DNA of 64,000 nt from NCBI GenBank assembly GCA_965261355.1, contig OZ253464.1:1241907-1305906 (forward strand), given 5' to 3'. The notes under the pieces were generated by a model. It searched no databases and was not told the origin of the DNA. It was given only the letters and a program-made list of their open reading frames with translations. How positions within the stretch are numbered: position 1 is the first letter of the stretch; the number at the start of each line of letters is the position of its first letter. This document shows positions 24,881-34,900 of the stretch, piece by piece. The DNA is from Dehalococcoidia bacterium. GTDB lineage: Bacteria; Chloroflexota; Dehalococcoidia; Lucifugimonadales; UBA3495. The position numbers and the translations under genes are program-made.

Positions 24881-26134
24881 TTAACCCGCTTCCACCCCGT
24901 TTTTCTTGCGGCCGATTGGCCGGAACCTGGGGATCCAACTCCTGGACTTGGTCTCCTTGGGCTCCTTGTTGAGTCTCTGGGCGCTGTCGTGGTGCTTGAT
25001 GCCCCACAGAAGCAGGCCCACGGCCGCCGAGTACTTTGGCTTCCGCAGCAGATCGGGCAGGCCGTAAATCCCATAGGGGAAGCCGATGCGCACCGGCTCA
25101 CCGACGATCCTGGCCGCCAGATCCGGCAGACCGGTCATCTCCGCACCGCCGCCGGTCACCACCAGCCCGCCTATTGGCCAGTCGTGCAGGCCCGCCTGCC
25201 GCATCTCCGCAATCGCCATCTTCAGGATCTCCGCCATGCGGTCGTGAAGGGGCTCGGCCAGCACTCTCTGGGGAATCGACTGGCGGCGTTGCCCCTGGTT
25301 CACAGGCAACTCCACTTCCTCATTCACCGGAACACTTTCCGGGTCCACGCTGCCGTACTTGATCTTCAGTTCCTCGGCAACATTCAGCGGGCACCTCAGC
25401 GCGGCCGCCAGGTCCCTGGTAAGCGCGTAGCCGCCAATCGGAAGGACCGTCGAGAACCAGGGGGTGCCCTGGCGGTACACCACGAGATCGGATGTGCCCG
25501 CGCCGATGTCCAGGAGCGCCACGCCCATTTCCCTTTCATCGCCGGTGAGCGTGGCTTCCCCCGAAGCCAGACCCTGCAGGACAAGACTCCTTACCGTGAC
25601 GTCTTTAGACTCGACGGAATTGATGGTGTTTTGCAGGACCACCGAGTCACCCATTACAACGTGTGCCTCGACCTCGACCAGTTTCCCGACCAACCCCATC
25701 GGGTTTCGCACTCCCGACAGACCGTCCACCGTATATCCCATCGGGATTACATGCAGGACCTGCTGCCCTGGGGCGATGTTGGGAAACGATCCCTTCAGCA
25801 GTCCGTCGATCATTCGGGCGGAGATGTCGTCCGGGTTTTCCTGGTTGTCCAGGATCTCCGAGCGGTTGACGCTGGATATGTGAGAGCCGCTGACGCTCAC
25901 GTACGCGCCGCTGGATACCGACTCCCCACCGACATATCGCTGTGCTTCCGTCAGGGCGGCGTTGACCGAGGCCTTGACCTCTTCGATGTTCTCGACTCTG
26001 CCCCTCTGGATGCCTTCCGAAGGGACAACGCCGATGCCGAAGATCTTCAAATCTCCTTCGGTACCCACGCGCGAAAGCAGTGCAGTTACTTTCGACGTGC
26101 CTATATCTACTGCCGTGTAGAACGAATCTCTCAT
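24881..26134 (-). CDS. ftsA: cell division protein FtsA
   Basis: 417 aa with an actin-fold N-terminus (AVDIGTSKVTALL) and later phosphate motifs (LDIGAGTSDLV, VVTGGGAEMTGL). It lies directly upstream of ftsZ. Confidence 0.9.
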   Translation of the reverse strand: MRDSFYTAVDIGTSKVTALLSRVGTEGDLKIFGIGVVPSEGIQRGRVENIEEVKASVNAALTEAQRYVGGESVSSGAYVSVSGSHISSVNRSEILDNQENPDDISARMIDGLLKGSFPNIAPGQQVLHVIPMGYTVDGLSGVRNPMGLVGKLVEVEAHVVMGDSVVLQNTINSVESKDVTVRSLVLQGLASGEATLTGDEREMGVALLDIGAGTSDLVVYRQGTPWFSTVLPIGGYALTRDLAAALRCPLNVAEELKIKYGSVDPESVPVNEEVELPVNQGQRRQSIPQRVLAEPLHDRMAEILKMAIAEMRQAGLHDWPIGGLVVTGGGAEMTGLPDLAARIVGEPVRIGFPYGIYGLPDLLRKPKYSAAVGLLLWGIKHHDSAQRLNKEPKETKSRSWIPRFRPIGRKKNGVEAG

Positions 26135-26184
26135 CCTGTCACCACCCTTTCCTGAATCGGAGGTCCTGCAATTTATTGCCGATG

Positions 26185-27225
26185 TTAAATTTTCTGTGCC
26201 ATTCGCAACCTGGCGCTACGGCTGCGAGGGTTGGCTGCAATTTCTTCAACTGATGGCCTTATTATTCGCCGATTGATTACCTTGAGGGACGGGCTGTGTC
26301 CGCAGACACATACCGGCAGACCAGGGGGACAGATGCAATCGGCCGAGATTCGGGCCAGGAAATTTTTAACGATCCGGTCTTCCAGACTGTGGTAACTGAT
26401 CACCGCCAGTCTTCCGCCTGGGTTCAGCAGGTCAACGGCAGCTTCCAGTCCAGCTCGCAGGTTGTCCAGTTCCCCGTTGACCGCTATCCGGAGTGCCTGG
26501 AACACCCGGGTCGCCGGGTGTATGCGTCGTCCTGTCCCACGCCCAACCACTCGTTCCACCAGGGCTGCAAGCTCCGCCGTCGTGTTCAGCGGCCGTTCGC
26601 TCCTTTGGCGCACTATTGCTCGGGCGATGGCTCGGGCTCGTGGTTCTTCCCCCAGACGCCGGAACAGTTCGACAAGATCCAACTCAGACCTCGAGTTGAC
26701 CACTTCGGCGGCATCGAGCGGTTGCGCCGCGTCGTACCGCATATCCAGGGGCTCTTCGGTCTGGAAGGAAAGCCCGTACCCGGGACTTTCCACCTGCCGA
26801 GAGGAAAACCCCAGGTCCAGCAGCACTCCATCCACCCCGGCGATACCCCGCTCCGCAGCCAGCGACACCATGTCGGCATAGTTGCCCTGTTGGGCCAGGA
26901 AGCGGCCGCGATAGCGCGAAAGCCTCGCCGACGCCTCCTCAACGGAACGGCCGTCCAGGTCCACCCCCAACACCAACTGCGCTTGCGGGTCCGCCAGCAG
27001 CAAGGCGAGGGAGTGACCACCTTCGCCAAGGGTGCCATCGAGATAAACGCCGTTTTCTACCGCAATCAGTCCTGCAACCACCTCGGAAACTAGGACCGGC
27101 AGGTGGTACCCTGAAGGCTGGCCTTCGGACCGGCCCGAGGCGAAATTCGGCATCTCGCCCGACCTGTCGTCCGCAGTCATTCCTTCCTTTGCCGTGATTG
27201 CCATTGTGCGCGTTGCCAGAACCAC
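26185..27225 (-). CDS. rsmH: 16S rRNA (cytosine1402-N4)-methyltransferase
   Basis: Motifs HLPVLVSEV, DGTLGEGGHS and DLGFSS are present. The true start is probably internal (for example ATG 27153, MPNFASG...), because RsmH normally starts ~10-15 aa before H-x-P-V-L. Confidence 0.85.
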   Translation of the reverse strand: MVLATRTMAITAKEGMTADDRSGEMPNFASGRSEGQPSGYHLPVLVSEVVAGLIAVENGVYLDGTLGEGGHSLALLLADPQAQLVLGVDLDGRSVEEASARLSRYRGRFLAQQGNYADMVSLAAERGIAGVDGVLLDLGFSSRQVESPGYGLSFQTEEPLDMRYDAAQPLDAAEVVNSRSELDLVELFRRLGEEPRARAIARAIVRQRSERPLNTTAELAALVERVVGRGTGRRIHPATRVFQALRIAVNGELDNLRAGLEAAVDLLNPGGRLAVISYHSLEDRIVKNFLARISADCICPPGLPVCVCGHSPSLKVINRRIIRPSVEEIAANPRSRSARLRMAQKI

Positions 27226-27475
27226 ATCCCCACCAGTTCCCCGCCCACTCGGCGGCGCTGTCTCGATATCCGGGTTTCAGGAGGCTGACCTTGGGCGCTC
27301 CCGATGTGAAACATAATGAAGGTACCAATCCTTCGTGCGTATGTCAATCAAAATATAAGAAAGTTTTTAGATAAATTTTGTAGAACGATAAAGTTAGTTT
27401 TCGGAAACCGGCGTAAACCTGATAAGTGGGCCACTGCGCCAACTCTTTCTCCCTTCGAACTCTTCCCCCCTTCTT

Positions 27476-27502
27476 TTGCGTCAAATCCGTCTGTGCTATA
27501 AT
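27476..27502 (+). promoter_or_regulatory. candidate extended -10 promoter for tig-clpP-clpP-clpX
   Basis: TTGCGT (27476-27481), 15-nt spacer, TGcTATAAT (27494-27502). It lies 80 nt upstream of the tig GTG start. Confidence 0.4.
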
Positions 27503-27581
27503 TTATCTATCCAGCCATCCGTCTGGGAAATTGGCGTGTCCGCGGTTTTGCGGCATAAACCTGACAATTAGAAGGTAGCCG

Positions 27582-29024
27582 GTGAACGTTACACGGGAAT
27601 CGGATAATTCCACCGAAGTCACCCTCAGCATCCTCATGGATTCAGAGGACGAAGAGCCGTTCCTGAATCGCTCCTACCGCCGGCTGGCCAGCCGCGTCCG
27701 GATACCCGGATTCCGTCCCGGCAAGGCCCCTAGATCCATCGTGGAGAGCCACCTGGGGCGGGCAACTCTGGTGCAGGAAGCCCTCGAATTCATGATTCCT
27801 GAATGCTTGGACACGGTCCTGAAGGAACAGGATATCCGGGCCTTCACGGAGCCACAGCTCGAGGTGCTGGAACTGGAGCCGGTGTCTTTCAAGGCCGTTG
27901 TGCCCCTGGAACCCACGGTCGACCTGGGAGAGTTCCGTTCCATACGCTTACAGGCCCCCGAGGTCGAGGTTGGGGACGAAGACGTCAACTCGGTCCTGGA
28001 AAGCCTGCGATTTGAGAGCGCCCCGTGGGAGCCAGCCGAACGGCCCGTGGCCTTCGGCGACCAGGTGACCCTGAACGTCCGCGGCACGGTGGGCGGTCAG
28101 GAGACCATAAATGACGAGGGCGTCGACTACATTCCCGAATTGGAAAAGGCATTCCCCGTTCCGGGCTTTTCCGTTTATCTCGAAGGAATGACCGAGGGAC
28201 AGGAGAAGGAATTCACCCTGCCCATCCCCGAGGAATCCCTTCCCGAGGATTCCACCGCGACGGATTGCAACTTCACCGTTGAAGTCCTGTCCATAAAGGA
28301 AAAGCGGCTCCCCGAACTCGACGACGAATTTGCCAAGGGCGTCAGGGACGGGTTTGAGAGCATGGAGGCTCTCTCCGAACACGTGCGCCAGCGACTTACC
28401 GAAGACGCAGAGGCTACGGCTCAGCGTGAACTGGAGCGCAACAGCCTGGAAGAAGTCAAGAAGATGGCCACTGTCCAGGCCTCTGACATCATCTACCAGC
28501 GGGAAATGGAGTCCATCCGCGAAGACCACGAACGGACCCTTCGAAACCAGCGGCTGGACATGGACACATACCTCCGCTTTATCGGCCAGACGGAGCAGGA
28601 GTGGCAGGAACAACTCCGGCCACAAGCCGAGGACCGGCTCACGACGTTCCTAGTGCTGCGCAAGCTGGGCGAGCAGGAAGAGCTTGAAGTCGGGGACGAC
28701 GAAATAGTCGCCGAAATCGACCGCCTAATGGAAAACTCAGCGGAGGAGACGGCAGAAGGCCTCCGCCGGATGCTGGGCACCGATGAGTCTCGCGATTCAA
28801 TTCGCACTTCCCTGCTCAACCGCAAGGTGATGGGCCGTCTCGTTGAAATCGTCAGCAGAGAAGATGAAGAGACCGCCGAAGGCAGCGACGAAGCCGAAGC
28901 CGAACCGATCGCCGAAGGCAGCGACGGAGCGGTCGCCGAAGTCGAATCCCCTGCTGCATCAGAAGAAGCCGATGCCTCCGAAGGTACGGAGGACTCCGAA
29001 ACGGGGGAGCTGTCGAATGGTTAG
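27582..29024 (+). CDS. tig: trigger factor
   Basis: GTG start after AGAAGG. The ribosome-binding signature region is [16 protein letters not shown] central FKBP-like segment and an acidic C-terminal tail follow. Confidence 0.85.
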   Translation: MNVTRESDNSTEVTLSILMDSEDEEPFLNRSYRRLASRVRIPGFRPGKAPRSIVESHLGRATLVQEALEFMIPECLDTVLKEQDIRAFTEPQLEVLELEPVSFKAVVPLEPTVDLGEFRSIRLQAPEVEVGDEDVNSVLESLRFESAPWEPAERPVAFGDQVTLNVRGTVGGQETINDEGVDYIPELEKAFPVPGFSVYLEGMTEGQEKEFTLPIPEESLPEDSTATDCNFTVEVLSIKEKRLPELDDEFAKGVRDGFESMEALSEHVRQRLTEDAEATAQRELERNSLEEVKKMATVQASDIIYQREMESIREDHERTLRNQRLDMDTYLRFIGQTEQEWQEQLRPQAEDRLTTFLVLRKLGEQEELEVGDDEIVAEIDRLMENSAEETAEGLRRMLGTDESRDSIRTSLLNRKVMGRLVEIVSREDEETAEGSDEAEAEPIAEGSDGAVAEVESPAASEEADASEGTEDSETGELSNG

Positions 29025-29658
29025 CGATCCTTCCGGCAACCGCCTCTTCATCCCACAGGCGATAATCCCAACCGTTATAGAGAACAGCCCGAGGGGTGAG
29101 CGGGCCTTTGACATATACTCGCTGCTTTTGCGCGAGCGGATCGTCTTTCTAAATACCCCAATCAATGACCGCGTGGCAAACACCATCATCGCCCAGTTGC
29201 TCTTTCTCGAACGCGAAGACCCGGACCGGGACATTAATTTGTACATCACCAGTCCAGGGGGCGTAATTCGCGCCGGCTTCGCCATCTACGACACCATGCA
29301 GCTTATCAACCCCGACGTTTCCACCATTTGCCTGGGGATGGCTGCGAGCATGGCCTCATTCCTGCTGGCCGGGGGCAAAAAAGGAAAGCGCTATGCCCTG
29401 CCCAACTCCACCGTCCACACCCACCAGGCCATGGGTGGAGCCCAGGGACAGGCCTCAGATATCGAGATCGCGGCACGGGAGATCATTCGCCTGGAGCACA
29501 CCCTGAACTCCATCCTCGCCGCAAATACCGGTCAGCCATACGAGAAGGTGGCGCAGGATTCCAACAGGGATTTCTATCTGACAGCCGAAGAGGCTCTGGA
29601 ATACGGCTGGATCGACGAAATACTGGGGGGCAAAAAGCAGGACGCCCAGGAAGCCTAG
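29017..29658 (+). CDS. clpP: ATP-dependent Clp protease proteolytic subunit, copy 1
   Basis: ORF 28843-29658 trimmed to ATG 29017, which overlaps the tig stop by 8 nt. The Ser-His-Asp context is retained (GMAASMA, HTHQ, RDFYL). Confidence 0.9.
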   Translation: MVSDPSGNRLFIPQAIIPTVIENSPRGERAFDIYSLLLRERIVFLNTPINDRVANTIIAQLLFLEREDPDRDINLYITSPGGVIRAGFAIYDTMQLINPDVSTICLGMAASMASFLLAGGKKGKRYALPNSTVHTHQAMGGAQGQASDIEIAAREIIRLEHTLNSILAANTGQPYEKVAQDSNRDFYLTAEEALEYGWIDEILGGKKQDAQEA

Positions 29659-29724
29659 ATTTTCGGCACACTGCGTAAGAAGGCACACTGCCTAAGAAGG
29701 AAACCTTGAGAGGAGACAGACCTG

Positions 29725-30381
29725 ATGCCTGAGACACCCCAGAACAACGGACTTTTCGTACCTCAAAGCATTATCCCCATGGTTATCGAGACCAGTCCAA
29801 GGGGTGAGCGGGCATTCGACATATATTCGCTTCTTCTCAAAGAGCGGATTGTCTTTCTCAATACTCCGATAAACGACCAGGTTGCCAACGTTATCATCGC
29901 CCAGTTGCTGTTCCTGGAGCGGGAAGACCCCGACCGCGACATCAACCTGTACATCACGAGCCCCGGCGGCGTAGTCAGCGCCGGTCTGGCGATATACGAC
30001 ACGATGCACCTGATCAACCCCGAAGTATCGACCATCTGCCTCGGGATGGCAGCCAGCATGGCGACGATCCTGCTCTCCGGCGGAGCAAAGGGAAAGCGAT
30101 ACGCCCTGCCCAATTCCACCATCCACATGCACCAGCCCCTGGGCGGTGCGCAGGGGCAGGCATCGGACATCGAGATTGCGGCAAGAGAGATTATCCGTCT
30201 GCAAGACAAGCTGCGGTCCATGCTCGCTGAGAACACCGGCCAGCCTTATGACAAGATTGCGACGGACACGGACCGTGACTACTACCTGACTGCCGAACAG
30301 GCGACGGAATACGGCCTTATCGACGAAATCCTGGGTGCCAAGAAGGAAGAGGAAAGCGGAGCAAACCAGGAAGACAGCTAG
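29725..30381 (+). CDS. clpP: ATP-dependent Clp protease proteolytic subunit, copy 2
   Basis: 218 aa, roughly 80% identical to copy 1 over the core by eye. The triad context is retained (GMAASMA, HMHQ, RDYYL). Confidence 0.9.
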   Translation: MPETPQNNGLFVPQSIIPMVIETSPRGERAFDIYSLLLKERIVFLNTPINDQVANVIIAQLLFLEREDPDRDINLYITSPGGVVSAGLAIYDTMHLINPEVSTICLGMAASMATILLSGGAKGKRYALPNSTIHMHQPLGGAQGQASDIEIAAREIIRLQDKLRSMLAENTGQPYDKIATDTDRDYYLTAEQATEYGLIDEILGAKKEEESGANQEDS

Positions 30382-30439
30382 GCAACATGGGAAGGGAAGA
30401 GGCGACACCGGCCAGGTGCCGCCGACGGGGGTACGAGAA

Positions 30440-31726
30440 GTGACTATAGGCCATAGCAATCCAAGGTCGTCCCAGTGCTCTTTTTGCGACAAGCCTAATT
30501 CCAGATCGGAAATCATGCTTTCCAGCCGGGGACACGCAGCGGTCTGCTATGACTGCGTCAGGGTCCTGGCCCAAGTTGTGGCTGAGGAAGCGGCCGATGA
30601 GCCGGAAGAGACCCAGTTCTTCCTCCAGATGGCCCCAAGGGAAATTTACGCCAATCTCGACGCCTATGTGATAGCCCAGGAAAGGGCAAAGAAGATACTG
30701 AGCGTCGCAGTTTACAACCACTTCAAACGCATCCGCTCCGGCGTCGCCTCCGACGTCGAAATACAAAAGGCCAACATCCTGCTCATCGGTCCCACCGGTT
30801 GCGGCAAGACCCTGTTGGCGGAAACCCTGGCCCGCACTCTCGATGTCCCCTTCGCCGTATGCGACGCGACATCCCTGACCGAGTCCGGATACGTGGGCGA
30901 GGATGTGGAAAACATCCTGTTGCGCCTCATCCAGGCCGCCGACTGGGACATTGCGCGCGCCGAGCGTGGGATCATCTACATCGACGAGATGGACAAAATC
31001 GCCCGCAAGGAAGGCGTGAACCGGTCCATTACCCGCGACGTTTCCGGGGAGGGCGTGCAGCAGGAACTGCTGAAGATCATCGAAGGATGCATTGCCAACG
31101 TGCCGCCCCAGGGCGGCCGAAAGCACCCTCATCAGGACTTTCTGCAGATTGACACCCGCAACATACTGTTCATCTGCGGTGGCGCCTTTGACGGCATTGA
31201 CCAGATAGTGGAAGACAGGGCCAGTTCCGGTTCCGCCCGACTCGGGTTCCTGGCGGGCAGCCGCAGCGCTTCCGCATTGCCGGGAGGCGCGGTGAACAAC
31301 ATAACCCCGGATGACCTGCTGGAGTTCGGATTCATTCCGGAAATGGTGGGGCGCCTTCCGGTCGCCGTCATGCTGGAGTCGCTGGACCGCGAGGACTTGG
31401 TCCGGGTTCTCACAGAGCCGAAGAACGCCATCGTGAAACAGTACCAGCACCTGTTCAGAATGGACGGCGTGGAACTGGAATTCACCCAGGGCGCCCTGGA
31501 GGCAGCTGCTGACCGTGCGCTCGAACACTCCACCGGCGCGCGCTGCCTGCGCTACGTCATTGAGGACACCCTGCTGGACGTCATGTACGATCTTCCATCG
31601 ATCACCGGAGCCACCCGATGCGTGGTCGAGCGAGGCAGCATAGAAGGCAGGGAAGTGCCGGCCCTCCGGGACGCCTTCGGCAATGAAGTGCCCCTGACTA
31701 CCGAGCCGCTACGGAAGTCCGCCTAG
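30440..31726 (+). CDS. clpX: ATP-dependent Clp protease ATP-binding subunit ClpX
   Basis: ORF 30335-31726 trimmed to GTG 30440. This gives ~12 aa before the zinc-binding domain (CSFCDK...CYDC). Walker A is GPTGCGKT. The ATG at 30335 lies inside clpP2. Confidence 0.9.
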   Translation: MTIGHSNPRSSQCSFCDKPNSRSEIMLSSRGHAAVCYDCVRVLAQVVAEEAADEPEETQFFLQMAPREIYANLDAYVIAQERAKKILSVAVYNHFKRIRSGVASDVEIQKANILLIGPTGCGKTLLAETLARTLDVPFAVCDATSLTESGYVGEDVENILLRLIQAADWDIARAERGIIYIDEMDKIARKEGVNRSITRDVSGEGVQQELLKIIEGCIANVPPQGGRKHPHQDFLQIDTRNILFICGGAFDGIDQIVEDRASSGSARLGFLAGSRSASALPGGAVNNITPDDLLEFGFIPEMVGRLPVAVMLESLDREDLVRVLTEPKNAIVKQYQHLFRMDGVELEFTQGALEAAADRALEHSTGARCLRYVIEDTLLDVMYDLPSITGATRCVVERGSIEGREVPALRDAFGNEVPLTTEPLRKSA

Positions 31727-32538
31727 ACAATATCGTCCCTCAGCATCGCCTTCGCCACCTCACTGTCCAGGCACAGCCCCCCGAAGCCCTCGGGGTCGTA
31801 GACGCCGGTTTCCAACTTGACTCCTCCGGTTACGCTGAGCACGACCCTGCCCAGGTGGATTGCGCGCAGCGTCTCCAGCAGCAGATAGGGCTCACGGCGA
31901 AACTGTGCGGCCCGAATTTCCCGGAACAGCGCATAGTCTTCGCCATGCGTTTCCCTGATTGCATCCGTACTGGCATCACCCAGTTCTCGCCAGTACGCTT
32001 CAAGTTCAGGCGAGTCCAGGGGCACGGTGACGTACGACACGACGGGGCCCCGGTCCACTGCCTCGGTGGCAAGGTGCATCATCGCTCCGGTGCGGGAAGC
32101 TCGGTGCTCGATCAGCTCCCAAACCACCTCCTGCCAGGTGCCAATTGGCCCGTCGGGAAGTGCCGGGTGCAGGTTGAGCAGCGGGTACTCGCGGCACAGG
32201 TCTCCGCTGGCGATGAGCATATAACCGGCCAGCACACAGACATCGGGACGGTAATCCCTGAGCAGGGCCATGACTTCTGCGTCGTATTCGGCTCGATGGT
32301 CGGCGAAGCGGCCGCCGGCCCGCCGCCGGAATTCCGTGGAGGAATGAGTGACGAGGGGAAGGCCATAGTTTTCCACTAAGCGAAAGTATTCGTCAGACCC
32401 TTCGGCCTCCCCTGGTGCGCGGTTGCTGAAAACGAAGTCTATGCGCGCGTCTATTTCCTCCAGCCTTTCGTGAACGAAGCGCAGCAGTCCTCTGGAGCCC
32501 TCCCCTCTGCCGGTGGAAAACCATCCGATTCGCACCAT
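31723..32538 (-). CDS. formyltransferase-family protein (PurN-like N-terminal domain plus C-terminal extension)
   Basis: ORF trimmed to ATG 32538, directly after the PHP gene stop. The motif context is VLAGYM...LLNLHPALP...HLATEAVDRGPVV, with the catalytic His/Asp pattern of formyltransferases. Confidence 0.65.
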   Translation of the reverse strand: MVRIGWFSTGRGEGSRGLLRFVHERLEEIDARIDFVFSNRAPGEAEGSDEYFRLVENYGLPLVTHSSTEFRRRAGGRFADHRAEYDAEVMALLRDYRPDVCVLAGYMLIASGDLCREYPLLNLHPALPDGPIGTWQEVVWELIEHRASRTGAMMHLATEAVDRGPVVSYVTVPLDSPELEAYWRELGDASTDAIRETHGEDYALFREIRAAQFRREPYLLLETLRAIHLGRVVLSVTGGVKLETGVYDPEGFGGLCLDSEVAKAMLRDDIV

Positions 32539-32540
32539 CT

Positions 32541-33209
32541 TCAGCCCAGCAGCTTCCTGAATTTGGCGAAGCCCGGTGCCAGCAGCAGCCACGGCGGCGG
32601 CCGACGACCCACGCACGTCCCGCCGCGGATGGCCCGCATCAGGCCCTCCGGCGTACCGTCCAGCTCATCTGCTGGCACTTCGGTGTAGGCGCGGCCCAGC
32701 TCAAGAGCTGAATGTGAATCACTGCATGAAACCGCCGGAAGCGAATGTAGAGCGGCGAACTCCGCTCCCTTCCGGTTGTCCCCGGGCAGCACCGTATGAC
32801 CATTGTAGCCTTCCAGGAAGTCGACCCACGGCAGGATTTCCAACAGCGCTTTCAGTCCCATCGCGGTGGGCCTGATGCGGTCGAACGGATGTGGGATGCC
32901 CACCAGTCCGCCCTGGTCCTTGACCCGCTTGACGGTTTCAAGAGGTGTCAACCGAGGTGGCACCGGTTCTTCAAGGAACAGGCCAATGACGTCTCCCTTC
33001 GACGACTTGATCTCTTCTCCAACGATTACCGGAAGGCCGCCCCCGTCCCGCGCCTCCAAACCACCCCGGATGTTGTCGTGGTCAGTGATGGCGACAAGCC
33101 CAAGCCCGGAATCGCGACATCGCTGGAGCACCGAGTCGACCGGAGCGGCCGAATCATGGGAGTGGCGGGTGTGGACGTGCAGGTCAATTCGGACGGTGCC
33201 GGGTTTCAT
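32541..33209 (-). CDS. PHP-domain metal-dependent phosphoesterase
   Basis: N-terminal IDLHVHTRHSHDS, then later ITDHD and CSDSH histidine/aspartate motifs. Confidence 0.75.
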   Translation of the reverse strand: MKPGTVRIDLHVHTRHSHDSAAPVDSVLQRCRDSGLGLVAITDHDNIRGGLEARDGGGLPVIVGEEIKSSKGDVIGLFLEEPVPPRLTPLETVKRVKDQGGLVGIPHPFDRIRPTAMGLKALLEILPWVDFLEGYNGHTVLPGDNRKGAEFAALHSLPAVSCSDSHSALELGRAYTEVPADELDGTPEGLMRAIRGGTCVGRRPPPWLLLAPGFAKFRKLLG

Positions 33210-33247
33210 ATACGACTATCTGGGCCGGAAGGGCTAGTCCGGAAGGG

Positions 33248-33571
33248 TTAGTCCGGAAGGCTGTTCTCGTCTTCGTCCTCGAAATACTCTTCGCCGTCCG
33301 CGGGGTATTGTAAGCTGGCCGGTTCCGGTTGAAGGCCATTCATACCATCCGGCCTCTGGTAGCTCTCCCGCAGCTGGGTAATCTCTAGCTCGGCGGTGTC
33401 GAGCAGGTGGTTGCAGTGCTGCACCAACTTCATACCTTGCTCGAATCGTGCGGTGGCTTCCGACAGCGTCAACCCGCCCTTTTCCATCCCTTCGGCGATC
33501 TCGGCAAGTTGTCGGAAGGCGTCTTCAAAACTCAGGGGCTGTGAATCTTCGGAAGTCATATCAACACTCAA
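33248..33571 (-). CDS. xseB: exodeoxyribonuclease VII small subunit
   Basis: 107 aa with an XseB-like helical core (LSFEDAFRQLAEIAEGMEKGGLTLSEATARFEQGMKLVQHC). It lies downstream of xseA. Confidence 0.85.
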   Translation of the reverse strand: MSVDMTSEDSQPLSFEDAFRQLAEIAEGMEKGGLTLSEATARFEQGMKLVQHCNHLLDTAELEITQLRESYQRPDGMNGLQPEPASLQYPADGEEYFEDEDENSLPD

Positions 33572-33630
33572 ACGGTCACCCGAACTGATGCTTACGCACG
33601 CCCCGTATGGGGGAAGGCAGGAAAGAGATC

Positions 33631-34896
33631 CTAGAACAGCGTTGCCGAAGCGGGCGCGACCTTATCTTTCCGGCCCTTCTTCCTGGCTGGAGGCGGCGCA
33701 TCCGGCGGCAACTGCGAAGGCAGGCCAGCCACGGCGGGCAGAGTGCCGTCGGAAACGGTGATGCTCAGCGCGTCTCCCGGGTTTGCCTGCCCCACGCTGG
33801 TGAGGGCCTTTCCTACACCCGCCAGCTCCACTACCGCGAATCCCCGGGCCAGGGTCCCCTTAGGGTCGAGACCTCGCAGCCGCTGGTACAGCCCGTCCGC
33901 TTCCAGCCGCCTCTGCTTCGTCATGGAAGCCACGGCGCCAGCCGAGATGCGGGACTGGTCGTCTATGCGACGCCGTAATGTGGAGATGTCGGGCAACCCC
34001 GCTTCCAGTTGCCGCCGGGCCCGTTCCACCGTCGAGCGGTCCTGCTGGAGCCGAACGGACAAGCTCCGCCCCACCATTCCCGTAAAGTGGACTACAGTCG
34101 CCTTCAGGTCACGCACGTCGGGGGCCACCAACTCGGCCGCGGCAGACGGCGTGGGCGCGCGCACGTCGGCAACATAGTCGGCTATGGTCTCGTCGGTCTC
34201 GTGCCCCACGCCGCTCACCACCGGAGTCCGACAGGCGTATATGGCACGGGCGACTATCTCTTCGTTGAATGCCCACAGATCTTCCAGCGACCCGCCTCCG
34301 CGGGCGATGATTATCACGTCGCAATCGCCTTCCTCATCCAGCCGCTGGAGCGCTGAGGCTATGCTCTCTTTCGCCTGCTGCCCCTGCACCGTGGCCGGCG
34401 AGAGCACCAGCTTCGCAAGGGGGTAGCGGCGGGAAAGGACGTTGCAGATATCGTGGAAGACAGCCCCAGTGGGGGAGGTGACCACTCCGACCACCTTGGG
34501 GAGCACAGGCAGCGGACGCTTGCGGGCAGCGTCGAACAGGCCTTCGGACGCCAGCTTCTGCTTCAGCCGCTCCAGCTCCAGGGCCAACTCCCCCAAGCCC
34601 TGGGGCGCGACAACGTCCACCGAGATGTTGAGCGTTCCGCGGGGTTCGTAGAAGGAGACTTTGCCGTGGGCGGCAACCGACACGCCGTTGGCCAGCAACT
34701 CGATGCCGTGGCGGTTCCGGAACATCACCGCCTGCAGTACCGCCTGTTGATCCTTCAGGTTGAAATAGGCGTGGCCTGAAGATGCGATGCTGAGATTGGA
34801 GATTTCGCCTTCTATCCACAGGTCAGCCAGAAAGGGGTTGCTTTCCAGTAACTCCTTTATTTCCGCGGTAACCTGGCTGACTGTGTAGGTCGGCAC
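33631..34896 (-). CDS. xseA: exodeoxyribonuclease VII large subunit
   Basis: 421 aa. The N-terminal OB-fold region is LWIEGEISN...SGHAYFNLKD. The catalytic core is IIIARGGGSLEDLWAFNEE. Confidence 0.9.
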   Translation of the reverse strand: MPTYTVSQVTAEIKELLESNPFLADLWIEGEISNLSIASSGHAYFNLKDQQAVLQAVMFRNRHGIELLANGVSVAAHGKVSFYEPRGTLNISVDVVAPQGLGELALELERLKQKLASEGLFDAARKRPLPVLPKVVGVVTSPTGAVFHDICNVLSRRYPLAKLVLSPATVQGQQAKESIASALQRLDEEGDCDVIIIARGGGSLEDLWAFNEEIVARAIYACRTPVVSGVGHETDETIADYVADVRAPTPSAAAELVAPDVRDLKATVVHFTGMVGRSLSVRLQQDRSTVERARRQLEAGLPDISTLRRRIDDQSRISAGAVASMTKQRRLEADGLYQRLRGLDPKGTLARGFAVVELAGVGKALTSVGQANPGDALSITVSDGTLPAVAGLPSQLPPDAPPPARKKGRKDKVAPASATLF

Positions 34897-34900
34897 GCCT

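Noticed and set aside
24720-25007. N-terminal 96-aa extension of the FtsZ ORF, and similar upstream extensions of the znuB, clpP1, clpX, pepP, dprA, FIST, MDR and formyltransferase ORFs.
   Set aside because: The extensions overlap the preceding gene, lack family sequence and lack an SD. Internal starts with an SD or with stop-start coupling fit the family N-termini.
27226-27581. The AT-rich divergent region between rsmH and tig as a replication origin, given the strand switch of gene orientation.
   Set aside because: No DnaA-box matches were found by eye. The region is adequately explained by two divergent promoters.
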